Below are positions 1 to 10,200 of a stretch of 64,000 nt of DNA, in pieces (the stretch's first letter is position 1; every line of letters starts with the position of its first letter). Origin of the DNA: Bacteroidia bacterium (GTDB lineage Bacteria; Bacteroidota; Bacteroidia; Chitinophagales; JAUHXS01); NCBI GenBank assembly GCA_030426955.1, contig JAUHXS010000001.1, forward strand, positions 82,661 through 146,660, written 5' to 3'. The translations under genes were made by a program, and so were the position numbers. Below the pieces are notes generated by a model. The model was given only the letters and a program-made list of their open reading frames with translations. It was not told the origin of the DNA and did not search any database.

Positions 1-92
1 CCTTTGTTCCTAAATGCATCAATGTAGTTGAGGAGTCGTGTTTCTAAACCACCCATGTTGACTAAACGATAATGTATTATGGCGATTTTCAT
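1..92 (-). CDS. glycosyltransferase, N-terminal fragment (gene runs off the window start)
   Basis: A reverse-strand ATG at 90-92 opens MKIAIIHYRLVNMGGLETRLLNYIDAFRNKG. This resembles the N-terminus of GT-B/GT4-like glycosyltransferases. It is truncated by the window edge and absent from the ORF track. Confidence 0.4.
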   Translation of the reverse strand, partial: MKIAIIHYRLVNMGGLETRLLNYIDAFRNK

Positions 93-185
93 ATGTGCAC
101 AATTTTGTTAAAATTGCCAGATGGAATTCGCCAACAAAAAACATATAAGTTCTGATTGGTATGAATATTTTTCTTTTGGCTCATT

Positions 186-998
186 TCATACTTTGATTCT
201 GTGAAGATGTTCTTGCTTTATTGCAACTGTATTGCTACCTATCTGAATGGTTTGGTAATCATGGTTATTCAAATAAGCCTTTATCTCATTGTTTTTATCA
301 GTATCGAAATGATGATGTTCAAAAATGATCATGTTGGGTTTGCTAGTAGCAATATCGAACATTTTAATGACTTCAAAGTCAAACCCTTCTGTATCCATCA
401 TTAAAAGGTCTATTTTTTGTAGATCATATTGAGATAAAAGCGTTTTTGGACTGATGGTTTCAATATTTTCCTCTACAATGTGCTTGGAACTATCCTTGGG
501 TATCTCAATTCCTTCTTCTTGAGATTTGGCTTTTACATAACCCGATTCAAATGCACCTTCTAAGACTTTTTTGTTAAAAGTTGCTAAGCCTGTTGCCCAC
601 CTTGCGTTGCTAAAACCAATTTTGTATAAGCTTGTTTGTGCATCACGTTCTCCAATAGCGGCATTTAGTGTGATAATACCTTTATCTTTTTTGTAAATTC
701 TAGAAAGGTATTTTTCAAATACTTCTCTCTGAGGTTCCAATAATACTCCGTTCCATTTATCTCGCTTGATGAACTTGTGAATGGGGTCATTGTTAATGCC
801 ATCATTGGCACCTACTTGAATTACCGTAAATCCTTTTCCGATACTTTTTGAAAATTGATCAATTATTGCGGAGATGCTTCCTGCTTTCGGTTGATACAAC
901 AGCTTATAAAAACCAATAAATAAGATACTATTATTGGCACTAAGCGAAAAACGAAAATTGCTGTAAAATTTCTTTAAAGCTTGCTTCAACATTTTCAA
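186..998 (-). CDS. FkbM-family SAM-dependent methyltransferase
   Basis: 270-aa ORF. The VIQVGANDGINNDPI SAM-binding stretch and overall layout are typical of FkbM-type methyltransferases. It neighbours a glycosyltransferase and a second methyltransferase. Confidence 0.72.
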   Translation of the reverse strand: MKMLKQALKKFYSNFRFSLSANNSILFIGFYKLLYQPKAGSISAIIDQFSKSIGKGFTVIQVGANDGINNDPIHKFIKRDKWNGVLLEPQREVFEKYLSRIYKKDKGIITLNAAIGERDAQTSLYKIGFSNARWATGLATFNKKVLEGAFESGYVKAKSQEEGIEIPKDSSKHIVEENIETISPKTLLSQYDLQKIDLLMMDTEGFDFEVIKMFDIATSKPNMIIFEHHHFDTDKNNEIKAYLNNHDYQTIQIGSNTVAIKQEHLHRIKV

Positions 999-1058
999 CT
1001 TGTAGAACTTATTTTAAGTTGAATGATAATGATAAAATCGAAGTTACAAACCTTTTTT

Positions 1059-1132
1059 GTCATTTCGAACAAAGTGAGAAATCTCACTTTAAATAACTTT
1101 CAAAGGTAGATTCTTCCTAGCGTCAGAATGAC
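1059..1132. repeat. GTCAT...ATGAC long-hairpin intergenic repeat, full unit (74 nt)
   Basis: Sequence is GTCATTTCGAACAAAGTGAGAAATCTCAC...GGTAGATTCTTCCTAGCGTCAGAATGAC. The two halves are imperfect reverse complements. It lies 57 nt downstream of the stop of the 1189-2121 gene. Confidence 0.8.
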
Positions 1133-1188
1133 AAGCCTTTGAGAAGATTTTATAAAGATCAACCAAGCGTTAATCAATGAAATTGTCA

Positions 1189-2121
1189 TCAATTAAATGA
1201 ACTGACGACGTATCCATGACTGATGGCCAGTTCTTCTTTACTGTGTTTTGCATAATCACGGTGCACTTTTACTTTGCTAAGTTCTTCTATGTTTCCCTCT
1301 CTTATTTGTTCTTCGGTAATAGGTATTTGAAGGTCTTCATATATGACTTTATAATCTTTAAATCGCATTCTATTTTGGGGCTGGATGCTGTTGTCTATCA
1401 TTTTCCATTGTGCCTGGCTAAACTTTAAAAAGTTATATATCGTAATGCTTTTATCAAAGTGTGCAAAGTGATCCGATAGATCTATAAAATGACTCATGAT
1501 ACCATTGGTCTTCAAGACTCTTTTAAATTCTATCAGTATATCTATCAATATATTCTTATGAATATGCTCAAAAGTATTATTTGAGCAGACGAAATCTATA
1601 CTTTGTGATGGTATGTTTGTTTTACGGGCATCTGTTACCAATGTATGTAAGCCAATTATATCTTTAATCTTGTTTAAGTCATAATCCAATGGGTGGTTGA
1701 TAATTTGAATTAGCTGTTCCCATTTATCCTGATTAAAGCTATCCAGGTATTGCGTTAGTAAGCCCTTATTTTTCCACTCTTCTAGCTTTTGTAGTGTTGT
1801 CAGTATATTTTCTTTGTTCAGCCAAAGCTGAATATCAATAGATGTTGTTTGACCTAAGTCCTTTAAATAAAAGCAAATGGGTATGATAGGATACCATCCA
1901 GTTCCTAGTTCCAGTATTTCATTGTCAGTTGCTTTCGCACCATATTTTCTCAAGAAATGAATATGATCTCTGGCATGCTCTAGCTTATATCTCAAATGTT
2001 CATCATCTAAAAAGACGCCCTTGGTGACATATCGTTGAAAAAGATAATTTACTTTGTTACTGTAAGGAAGAAATGAAATGGCTTTTTGAGTAATGGCTTT
2101 AGCCTTCCAAAGTAATGACAT
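1189..2121 (-). CDS. class I SAM-dependent methyltransferase
   Basis: 310-aa ORF. ILELGTGWYP looks like motif I and FVCSNNTFEHI like the post-II region of class I methyltransferases. Confidence 0.6.
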   Translation of the reverse strand: MSLLWKAKAITQKAISFLPYSNKVNYLFQRYVTKGVFLDDEHLRYKLEHARDHIHFLRKYGAKATDNEILELGTGWYPIIPICFYLKDLGQTTSIDIQLWLNKENILTTLQKLEEWKNKGLLTQYLDSFNQDKWEQLIQIINHPLDYDLNKIKDIIGLHTLVTDARKTNIPSQSIDFVCSNNTFEHIHKNILIDILIEFKRVLKTNGIMSHFIDLSDHFAHFDKSITIYNFLKFSQAQWKMIDNSIQPQNRMRFKDYKVIYEDLQIPITEEQIREGNIEELSKVKVHRDYAKHSKEELAISHGYVVSSFN

Positions 2122-2191
2122 AAGCTATGTTAATATTGGCTGTAAAGATAACAAATACAAAATCTTCGTAAACCAACCGCAAATATTTAGC

Positions 2192-2199
2192 TAATTTTG
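2192..2199 (+). promoter_or_regulatory. candidate Bacteroidota -7 promoter box (TAATTTTG)
   Basis: Exact match to TAnnTTTG, 7 nt upstream of the ATG at 2207. This implies a very short or absent 5' UTR. Confidence 0.3.
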
Positions 2200-2206
2200 T
2201 TTTGAA

Positions 2207-2899
2207 ATGAATCGCTCGAACAACTTTACTCTGGACCAAGTCATCTATGAAGACAATCACTTAATTGCGATCAATAAGAGATCGGGGCAAATAGTTCAAG
2301 GGGATAAAACAGGAGATACTTCACTTCTTGAACAAGTTAAGCAATACATTAAGGTAAAATATAATAAGCCTGGGGATGTGTTCTTGAATCTAGTACATCG
2401 AATAGATAGACCAGTTACCGGAGTATTATTGTTTGCAAGAACAAGCAAAGCAACGGAAAGGCTTAACAAGGCATTCCAAAACAGAGAAATAAAGAAAACC
2501 TATTGGGCACTAACTAAAAACAAACCAAAGCAGCTTCAAGCTAGACTAGAGCATCATATTTTAAGAGACAGAAAAAATAACGTTTCTAAAGCGTTGATGA
2601 GACCTAAAGGGGATGTTAAGAAAGGCGTTTTAAGCTATGCAGTCTTAAAGATCTATGATGGAAAATGTTTGCTTGAAGTCAAGCCTGAAACAGGTCGGCA
2701 TCATCAGATTCGTGCACAGCTAAGCGCAATGCAATGCCCGATAATCGGAGATTTAAAGTATCACTATCCTAAACCTAATGCCGATAAATCTATTTGTTTG
2801 CATGCAAAGGCACTGGAGCTTATGCATCCAGTAAAAAAGGAGAAACTTGTTATTCAAGCACCAATACCTAAAGTCGGTCCATGGCAAGGGATAAAGTAG
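2207..2899 (+). CDS. RluA-family pseudouridine synthase
   Basis: Contains HRIDRPVTGVLLFARTSKA (catalytic Asp motif) and GRHHQIRAQL, both typical of the RluA family. Confidence 0.85.
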   Translation: MNRSNNFTLDQVIYEDNHLIAINKRSGQIVQGDKTGDTSLLEQVKQYIKVKYNKPGDVFLNLVHRIDRPVTGVLLFARTSKATERLNKAFQNREIKKTYWALTKNKPKQLQARLEHHILRDRKNNVSKALMRPKGDVKKGVLSYAVLKIYDGKCLLEVKPETGRHHQIRAQLSAMQCPIIGDLKYHYPKPNADKSICLHAKALELMHPVKKEKLVIQAPIPKVGPWQGIK

Positions 2900-2905
2900 A
2901 TATTG

Positions 2906-4297
2906 CTATTCTTCGGTAATTCTGGACATTCTTTTGATTTCCTCAATCAAAGCTTCTTTATTTGGCTTAAGTGGAGAAATTGGGATGAAATTGCCTTTGC
3001 CTGAACTTGCTAAAAGTTTCATCGTGTTGATGGCATCTTGATCCTTTCCTAACCCAACAACGGATAAGTAAATAGGTTTGTCTGCCTGAAGCAATTTATT
3101 TGATTCTCTTTTTGCCATTTTGTGTATCTCCTTTTCTGAATCATTTTTATTGCTGAATAAGCCGTCTGTCGCAATAATGATTTGATTATTGCCTTCTAGG
3201 AAGTAATGCTCTCTAGCAATTTTATAAGCTTCTGTAAGGCCATTTACTCCATTGGTTAACCCACCGGATTTCAAGCTGTCAATAATAGTATACAGTAGTT
3301 CTTTATCATCGGCTTTCGTTGGCTCCAATACAATAGTGGGTGAGTACTTGTAGGTAATGATGGAAACTTGGTCTATATCTCTCAACCCCTTTATCATTCG
3401 CTTGATAGACGTTTTTAGCGATTCAAGTTTGTTGTTTTTGCCCATTGATAGAGAGACATCAATCAAGAACACAACATTATTGGGCTTGTATTCTGTAACA
3501 GGGAGTTCTAGGTCGCTCTCTATTATAGGTTTGGGGGATGCTTCCTTTTCTACTATTATATCTTTTTGCTCCTCTTCATCTATAGGTTCATCTCTGGGTA
3601 TTTTGTCCAGTTTTATAATGACTGTCATGATTTCTTTATTGACATCATACTTCATTGTATTGGGTTGATAACCCTCTGCTTTTGTAGAAATAACATACCT
3701 CCCTGGAGTTACTTCTCCTTTAAAAGTGCCGTCTTTTGGGGTGGTCACAGTATATAAAGGTTTGTTGTTGAGGACTAGTTCTACTTCAGCGCCTTCAATT
3801 CTCTTTCTGGTTAATCTGTCAATCACCTTGGCTTGTAAAGTATATTTTTGACCAACAAGACCTGTGGGCGTTTCTTCGTAAATAGCAGAAGGGTTAACGG
3901 TCGGACATTCGGTAACTGCTCCTTTAGCTAGAGATAAAACTTCGCCTTTTAGTTTAATTATTATTGGCTTGCTCGAAGCTGAAATATTTATAGGAACTGT
4001 TTTTTCAAATGCTCCGGCATGATCTGCATAGTAAGTGATCCATACTACGATTGTTTCTCCCGGTTGAATAGGGCGCTTGGGGTGTCTTACAAGTAAATCT
4101 CTGGAATACCTTTGAGGTAGTATGAATGCTGGCTTGCTATCGTTATTCGTTATCCTAAATGGAATTTGTTGAGGTAGCCACTCACTTACGATACCATAGT
4201 CATGTGTTCGTTTATCTATTTTTATCTGAGCAAAAGAGCCTTTTGTAAATATAAAAAAGGACAGGTAGAGTAAAGTAGGGACTGTTTTGAATCTCAT
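2906..4297 (-). CDS. secreted VWA domain protein with N-terminal beta-sandwich domains
   Basis: It has a signal peptide and a DUF1573/PapD-like N-terminal region. A CarboxypepD_reg-like segment (GTFKGEVTPGRYVIS) follows. The C-terminal VWA domain carries a MIDAS-like VVFLIDVSLSMG. Confidence 0.7.
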   Translation of the reverse strand: MRFKTVPTLLYLSFFIFTKGSFAQIKIDKRTHDYGIVSEWLPQQIPFRITNNDSKPAFILPQRYSRDLLVRHPKRPIQPGETIVVWITYYADHAGAFEKTVPINISASSKPIIIKLKGEVLSLAKGAVTECPTVNPSAIYEETPTGLVGQKYTLQAKVIDRLTRKRIEGAEVELVLNNKPLYTVTTPKDGTFKGEVTPGRYVISTKAEGYQPNTMKYDVNKEIMTVIIKLDKIPRDEPIDEEEQKDIIVEKEASPKPIIESDLELPVTEYKPNNVVFLIDVSLSMGKNNKLESLKTSIKRMIKGLRDIDQVSIITYKYSPTIVLEPTKADDKELLYTIIDSLKSGGLTNGVNGLTEAYKIAREHYFLEGNNQIIIATDGLFSNKNDSEKEIHKMAKRESNKLLQADKPIYLSVVGLGKDQDAINTMKLLASSGKGNFIPISPLKPNKEALIEEIKRMSRITEE

Positions 4298-4298
4298 C

Positions 4299-4817
4299 TT
4301 AAATATAACGTCTAAAGTATAAGTAAATTTTAATCGCTTCGTAAAACTTGCTCATCGGAACATGACCAAGATATTTTAGTTGATTGTCGATGTATTCCTT
4401 TAGTGCATCGTAGTTTTCGTAATAAAACTGAGAAACCTGAAGTATCTTTTCTCCGCCTTTATAGAGATAAAGCACTTCGTAGTCAGCATGCTTTGAAGAT
4501 TGAATAACGGTCTTATAACCATCTAAATCTTTAAAATAAAAGCTTACGGTTTTGAAAAAGTGTTTAAAGTATGGATTCACAATTACCTGTTGCTCATCCA
4601 TAGCCAATTTATTGCCCTTTATTATAAGTTCAAAAAAACCAATGATCAGCATGGAGAAAAAGAGAAGTGATAAGCCAATATATAATAATTGTTGTTTGAT
4701 TTGAGTTTCTCCAGAGTATAAATACAACATCATACTAGTGGCACAAATTGAAAATACAATTAATACACTTGGGGCATAAATTGCCCACTCATATTTTGAG
4801 TTTACTTTAGCAGACAT
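4299..4817 (-). CDS. hypothetical membrane protein (2 predicted TM helices plus a soluble C-terminal domain)
   Basis: The track ORF 4299-5027 overlaps the MATE gene. The internal Met (MSAKVNSKYEWAIY...) at 4815-4817 removes that overlap and forms a TGATG stop/start junction with the upstream gene. Confidence 0.5.
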   Translation of the reverse strand: MSAKVNSKYEWAIYAPSVLIVFSICATSMMLYLYSGETQIKQQLLYIGLSLLFFSMLIIGFFELIIKGNKLAMDEQQVIVNPYFKHFFKTVSFYFKDLDGYKTVIQSSKHADYEVLYLYKGGEKILQVSQFYYENYDALKEYIDNQLKYLGHVPMSKFYEAIKIYLYFRRYI

Positions 4818-6115
4818 CAAGTAAATGTATAAATATATCGCTTTGCTAATATGGTTTGTATAAAACCTCTGGAAATCATAAATCCCTGTAGAGCAATCCA
4901 CAAAGCATGATTCCCAACAAAGGGATGCAGTAAATAAAATAATGGGATAAAAACTAAAAAGGTAGAAATAAACATGACATTTCTCATTGGGACAGATGCG
5001 GTAGTACCAATGTAGACTCCATCCCATATATACGGTGCTACATTAATAACTGATCCAATAACAGTCCAAAAGAGAAATGAATTAGCTAAATCAACAATTT
5101 CTGGTTTGTCCGTGAACAGCCCTAATAGACTTTTTCCTCCTAAACCGTATACTAAGGCATATATCATTCCTAATATCATACCCCAATAAAAAGATTTCTT
5201 GATAGCAAGCTTTAAGTTAAGTAAATCCTTTGCTCCATAGTATTTCCCTACAAGACTCTCTGCTGCATAGGCGAATCCATCAATTCCAAAAGACAAGATC
5301 ATAAATAACTGCAATAATATGGCATTGGCTGCCAGTATTTGATCTCCTAAAGTGGCTGACTTGGCAGTAAAGAAAGAAAAGGCAAAGATGAGGCATAATG
5401 TTCGAAGAAAAATATCTCTGTTTACAGTAAAGAATTTTTTTAATTCGTTCAGTTTATGAAAACGCTCTTTACTCCAGTAACTTAGGTAATGTCTATACGT
5501 TTTGAAAAACAAGACAATTGCTAATGTCAATCCTAGGTATTGTGCACAGACTGTACCTAGTGCAACACCATCAGAAGCCATGTTAAACTGGAATATAAAT
5601 AGTAGGTTGAATAGAACGTTAGCTACATTGATGAATATGGTGATATACATAGGGTATTTGGCATTTTGCATCCCGAGAAACCATCCAAGCATAGCATATA
5701 ATCCGACAGTTGCAGGAGCCGCCCAAATTCTAATGTTATAGTATTCTTTGGCAAGAGCCTCTACCTCTTGACTGCCCTCTAGTATATTAAAACTAATCCA
5801 TTCGATGGGAGATTGCAGTAATAAAACTAATATGCCGCCACATAATGCTACTACAGCTGCTCTACCTAATGAAACAATCACACCTCCATCGTCTTTATTG
5901 CCAAAGCTTTGGGCAACTAAACCTGTTGTGCCCATTCTTAAAAAGCTAAAACCGGAATAAATAAAGCTAAAAATGATACCTCCAAGTGCTATTGCACCAA
6001 TGTAGGCGCTTGATTCCATGTGTCCCATTAAGGCAGTATCCACTGCACCTAATAGCGGCACAGAGAGGTTGCTGATAATATTGGGAATGGCTAGGCGAAG
6101 GAGTTGTTTATTCAT
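4817..6115 (-). CDS. MATE family efflux transporter
   Basis: 432 aa and polytopic. The N-terminus NKQLLRLAIPNIISNLSVPLLGAVDTALMGH is the canonical start of a MatE domain, with a second MatE repeat in the C-terminal half. Confidence 0.85.
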   Translation of the reverse strand: MNKQLLRLAIPNIISNLSVPLLGAVDTALMGHMESSAYIGAIALGGIIFSFIYSGFSFLRMGTTGLVAQSFGNKDDGGVIVSLGRAAVVALCGGILVLLLQSPIEWISFNILEGSQEVEALAKEYYNIRIWAAPATVGLYAMLGWFLGMQNAKYPMYITIFINVANVLFNLLFIFQFNMASDGVALGTVCAQYLGLTLAIVLFFKTYRHYLSYWSKERFHKLNELKKFFTVNRDIFLRTLCLIFAFSFFTAKSATLGDQILAANAILLQLFMILSFGIDGFAYAAESLVGKYYGAKDLLNLKLAIKKSFYWGMILGMIYALVYGLGGKSLLGLFTDKPEIVDLANSFLFWTVIGSVINVAPYIWDGVYIGTTASVPMRNVMFISTFLVFIPLFYLLHPFVGNHALWIALQGFMISRGFIQTILAKRYIYTFT

Positions 6116-6145
6116 TTATTACAAGGTAATAAATAATGAGAAGTC

Positions 6146-6937
6146 TTAAGTAAGTCTTTTAATAGACTTTAATTGATGCGAATATTGCTTTGTAGCACTA
6201 TTATAAATGCCATACTGGTCTAGCTTATCTTGCCTTACCTTTCCTGAGGCGTGTATGATGTCAAATTCGCCATCTTCTTTTTTTAAGATAATACCAACAT
6301 GTGTTATTTTATTTTCCTTATTGGCAAAGAATGCCAAATCACCATCCTTTGCCATGGCTAGTATGTCAACGTTTTTTCCTTGTTCTGCTTGTTGATAGGC
6401 ATCTCTTTGAAGTTGTATGCCACAAAGTTTAAAAACTACTTGGGTCAGGCCAGAACAGTCTATGCCGAAAGGGGAACGTCCACCCCAGAGATACGGAGTA
6501 TTGAGATATTTTTTTGCAATTTTTATCAGGATGTCATTGCTTACGGGTGACATGTGAGGTCTGATGGTATTGCCATTATATACCCACTTTTTATTATTCA
6601 GTTTAAAGTTCATGCCATCAAAGAAGGGGAGCGTGCTTCCTATTAATAACTGGATGTGGTTTTTGTTTGAAGTTGCCGGCTGTAACAGACTTAGAGAGTA
6701 ACCTTTATCGGATTGGTTGGTTTTTGTGAACTCTTTTTCGTCTAACTTTAGGCATTGCTTCGAGTCAATCCAACCCGTGTATTGATCATGAAAGCTTTCA
6801 ATTTTAAGCCATTGATCTTTGGTTTGTTGGATAGTAAATGTTTCTCCAAATAGAAGCTGAGAAATCATTTCACTTGCATCTGAAGGCTCTTTTCTGATGG
6901 GGACGACACATAAATTACAAATACCGAACTGATGCAT
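6146..6937 (-). CDS. NlpC/P60 (C40) peptidoglycan peptidase with N-terminal SH3b-like domain
   Basis: Catalytic Cys lies in GIDCSGLTQVVF, with His in ITHVGI and HASG. The likely start is the internal Met (MHQFGICNLCVVPIRKEPS) at 6937 rather than the track start at 6997. Confidence 0.85.
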   Translation of the reverse strand: MHQFGICNLCVVPIRKEPSDASEMISQLLFGETFTIQQTKDQWLKIESFHDQYTGWIDSKQCLKLDEKEFTKTNQSDKGYSLSLLQPATSNKNHIQLLIGSTLPFFDGMNFKLNNKKWVYNGNTIRPHMSPVSNDILIKIAKKYLNTPYLWGGRSPFGIDCSGLTQVVFKLCGIQLQRDAYQQAEQGKNVDILAMAKDGDLAFFANKENKITHVGIILKKEDGEFDIIHASGKVRQDKLDQYGIYNSATKQYSHQLKSIKRLT

Positions 6938-6991
6938 GATTTGCCAAAGATAATAGTTCTTTAGAAATGAACCAGCTAAAGTCAAAAGAGA

Positions 6992-7130
6992 AAACAAACC
7001 TTTCTAAAACCATCTAGTATTAATATTGGTGAAAACGTCATTGCGAAGAACTGAAGCAATCTAAAACCTTTAGCAACGAGACTGCTTCGATACCTCGCAG
7101 TGACGGTAAAGGTTTTAGAAAGGTTTGTTT
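6992..7130. repeat. composite inverted-repeat element: 20-bp perfect IR arms enclosing a GTCAT...GTGAC hairpin unit
   Basis: Bases 6992-7011 (AAACAAACCTTTCTAAAACC) are the exact reverse complement of 7111-7130. The inner unit at 7037-7104 is GTCATTGCGAAGAACTGAAGCAATC...GACTGCTTCGATACCTCGCAGTGAC. Confidence 0.8.
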
Positions 7131-7222
7131 AGGTTGAAGCATTTCTCGTTTTGTTGATATCAAGTTAGTTTCTTTGCTTTTCAAACTATTGAAAGCACTG
7201 CAAATTCAAGTATTTTTATGTT

Positions 7223-10200
7223 ATGCGACTAGTAAGTCTAGAGACGAAGGGTTTTAAAAGTTTTGCCGACAAGACTGTAATTAACTTTAATGATAATATT
7301 ACAGGTATTGTGGGACCAAATGGATGTGGTAAATCCAACGTGATTGACTCTATTCGCTGGGTACTTGGCGAGCAGAAAACTAGCGCATTGCGTTCCGATA
7401 AAATGGAGAATGTCATCTTCAATGGCTCTAAAAAGCGTAAGGCTTCCAGTTTGGCTGAAGTTTCCTTGACATTTGAGAATACAAAAAACGTTTTACCCAC
7501 AGAATATACTACGGTTACCATTACCAGAATGCTTTATCGAAATGGCGAAAGCGAATATAAGCTGAATGGCATTTCGTGTCGGTTAAAAGATATTACCAAT
7601 CTATTCTTGGATACTGGGATTGGCAGTGACTCTTATGCCATTATTGAATTAGGAATGGTCGATGAGATACTAAATGATCGGGAACATTCCAGAAGAAGGT
7701 TGTTTGAGCAGGCTGCTGGAATATCAAAATATAAGACGCGAAAAAGAGAGACGCTGAATAAGCTCTCTGCAACTGAAGGAGATTTGAACAGGGTGGAGGA
7801 TTTACTTTTTGAAATAAATGACAATCTTAAATCTCTAGAATCCCAAGCAAGAAGAACTAAGCGATATTACCAGTTAAAAGAAGAATATCAAACTTTCAGT
7901 GTTGAGCATGCCAAACATACTTTGTCTGGTTTTGGAGAGCAGTTTAAGCGGTTGAAACAACAGCAGCAGGAAAATGAGGACAAACGTTCTAAGGTAGAGG
8001 TGGACTTTAAAAGCATTGACTCAACGGTAGAGAAAGAAAAGCTGCAAAGCTTAGAAAAAGAAAAGCAATTGTCTTCACTTCAAAAAGAGCTGAACGAAAA
8101 GTTGCATAAGCTTAGAGAGCAAGAAAATCAGAAGAACCTATTTTCTGAAAAAGCGAAATTCTTAACTGAAAAGAGAGAGTCCGTAACGCAGCAGATTTCT
8201 GATTTAAAAGATCAAAATAACTTCTTAGCTGAGGAAATAAAAGCATTAGAAGTTAAAAAGAATGAGGAACAAGCTTTATTTGATAAGGCTCAAAAAGAAC
8301 TAGAGCAATTACTAAAAGAAAAAGAGAAGCATTCGACTGAATACGAGAAAGCAAAAAAAGAACTTGGCGAAGTTCGGATTTCTTTACAAACGAAGGAAAG
8401 AGAATACTACGAGCTAGAAAAGAAATTAGAAGTAAATACATCACAATTAGAAAACTTGAAGTCTTCTCTGGAATTAAGTCTGACAGAGAAAGACAGTCGA
8501 GAAGGAGAACTAAAAGCTTTAACAAAAGAACTAAAGGAAAAAGAGCAAGAGCTTGACAGTGAGTCAGCTAAAATAAAAAAGCTAGAAGCGCAACAAGAAA
8601 CTATAGAGCAAGCCATTGGCGAAGCAAGGGGTACTATTGACACGGAACAACAAAAGTTGGTTGATCTTAATCGAAAGTTGGATGCCAAGCAAAACGAGTA
8701 CGATCTTACGAAAGATCTGGTTGATAGCTTAGAGGGCTTTCCTGAGTCCGTTCGTTTTTTGAAAAAGGAAGTTGCCGTAACAAAAAATGCGCCTCTGTTA
8801 TCTGATATTATTTCTTGTGGAGAAGAATATAGAGTTGCTATTGAAAATTATCTTGAGCCATATTTGAATCATTATGTTGTCAATAATAGAGAAGAGGCAA
8901 TCGTTGCAATCAATATTTTAAGTGATGCTTCAAAAGGAAGAGCAAACTTTTTCTTATTAGACCAGTTTAAAGCAGAAAAAGAAAAGAAAGGGAAAGTTGA
9001 CGGAGTATGGGCAACTGATGTGATTGATGTAGAGCAAAGGTATACTAGCTTGTGTCGATACTTGCTAAGAAATGTGGTTTTAGTTGATGGCAATGATGTA
9101 TCACCAAATGACGATGAAATATATGTTTCTAAAAATGGAAAATTTGTTCAATCGAGTCGAATAGTATCTGGAGGGGCAGTCGGACTTTTTGAGGGCAAGC
9201 GCATCGGACGGGGAAAAAATTTAGAAAAGCTCAAAAAAGAAATAGATCAACTTAATACGGAAATTAACAAGTGTAAAAAGCAAATAGACCAAGCTAGTGT
9301 TGCGTTAAAGAAACAGGAGGAGGCTTCTCGGTTGGATGCTATTAGAGGATTTAAAGACAGCTGGAATATTAAAAATAGTCAATTTATTAGCCTTAAGGCT
9401 AAGGTTGAAGGTTTGGCAGAGTTGATTAAAAACAACAATGATAAAGAGGAAGATGCAGCACAAAAGGTAAAGATTCTTGAGGCGGAAAATGAAAACGTAC
9501 AAAAGCAATTGGTAGGTGTAAAGGAATTGAAAAGTAGCTTGCAATTGAGGCTTGAAAAGCGGGAGGAGGGCTTTCGAGAAATTGATAAGCAACATGAATT
9601 GACAAGCCAAACCTACAACTCTAATAATATTGAAGTGCATAAGCTGCAAAATGCTTTGAATAGCACCATTCAGCAATTAACATATAAAGAAGAGCAACTA
9701 AAAAGCAATCAAAGCAAGATTGAAGCAAATCAGCAAGCACTCAAAGATGCGGATGATCAAATTAAAAACTCTTTTTCAAATTCTACCGATCTTGAAAAGT
9801 CTTTGATCAAGCTATATGAAGAGAAAGAGGCTTTTGAGAAAAAGCTCAATGTTTCCGAGGAAAACTACTACAAGTCAAAAGGGAATGTAAACGAGTTAGA
9901 ACAACAACTTAAAGAGCTTAGTCGTCAAAAAGAGCAATTAGATACATTGCTCAATGAGATCAGAGAGAAAGTGAATGAACTGAAGTTGACGACAACAAGT
10001 ATCCGAGAACGATTGTCGGTAGAATTTAATATTGATGTTAATGAAATTATCAATCAAGAGCCTGATCCTAAATACAATGCTGATGTTGTAGCCGAAAAGG
10101 TTGAGAAATTAAAGGGGCGATTGGATAATTATGGAGAGATCAACCCAATGGCAGTTGAAGCCTTTGACGAGATGCAGAAAAGGTTTGATTTTATTACCAA

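Noticed and set aside
4817-5027. N-terminal 70-aa extension of the 4299-5027 ORF
   Set aside because: It would overlap the MATE transporter C-terminus by 210 nt in another frame. The internal Met at 4815-4817 gives a clean TGATG junction.
7633-9676. Several 60-120-aa minus-strand ORFs inside smc (7633-7824, 8253-8525, 8407-8688, 8872-9093, 9305-9676)
   Set aside because: They lie antisense to a strongly supported 1173-aa SMC gene whose K/E-rich coiled-coil codons leave the opposite strand open. They have no independent motifs.
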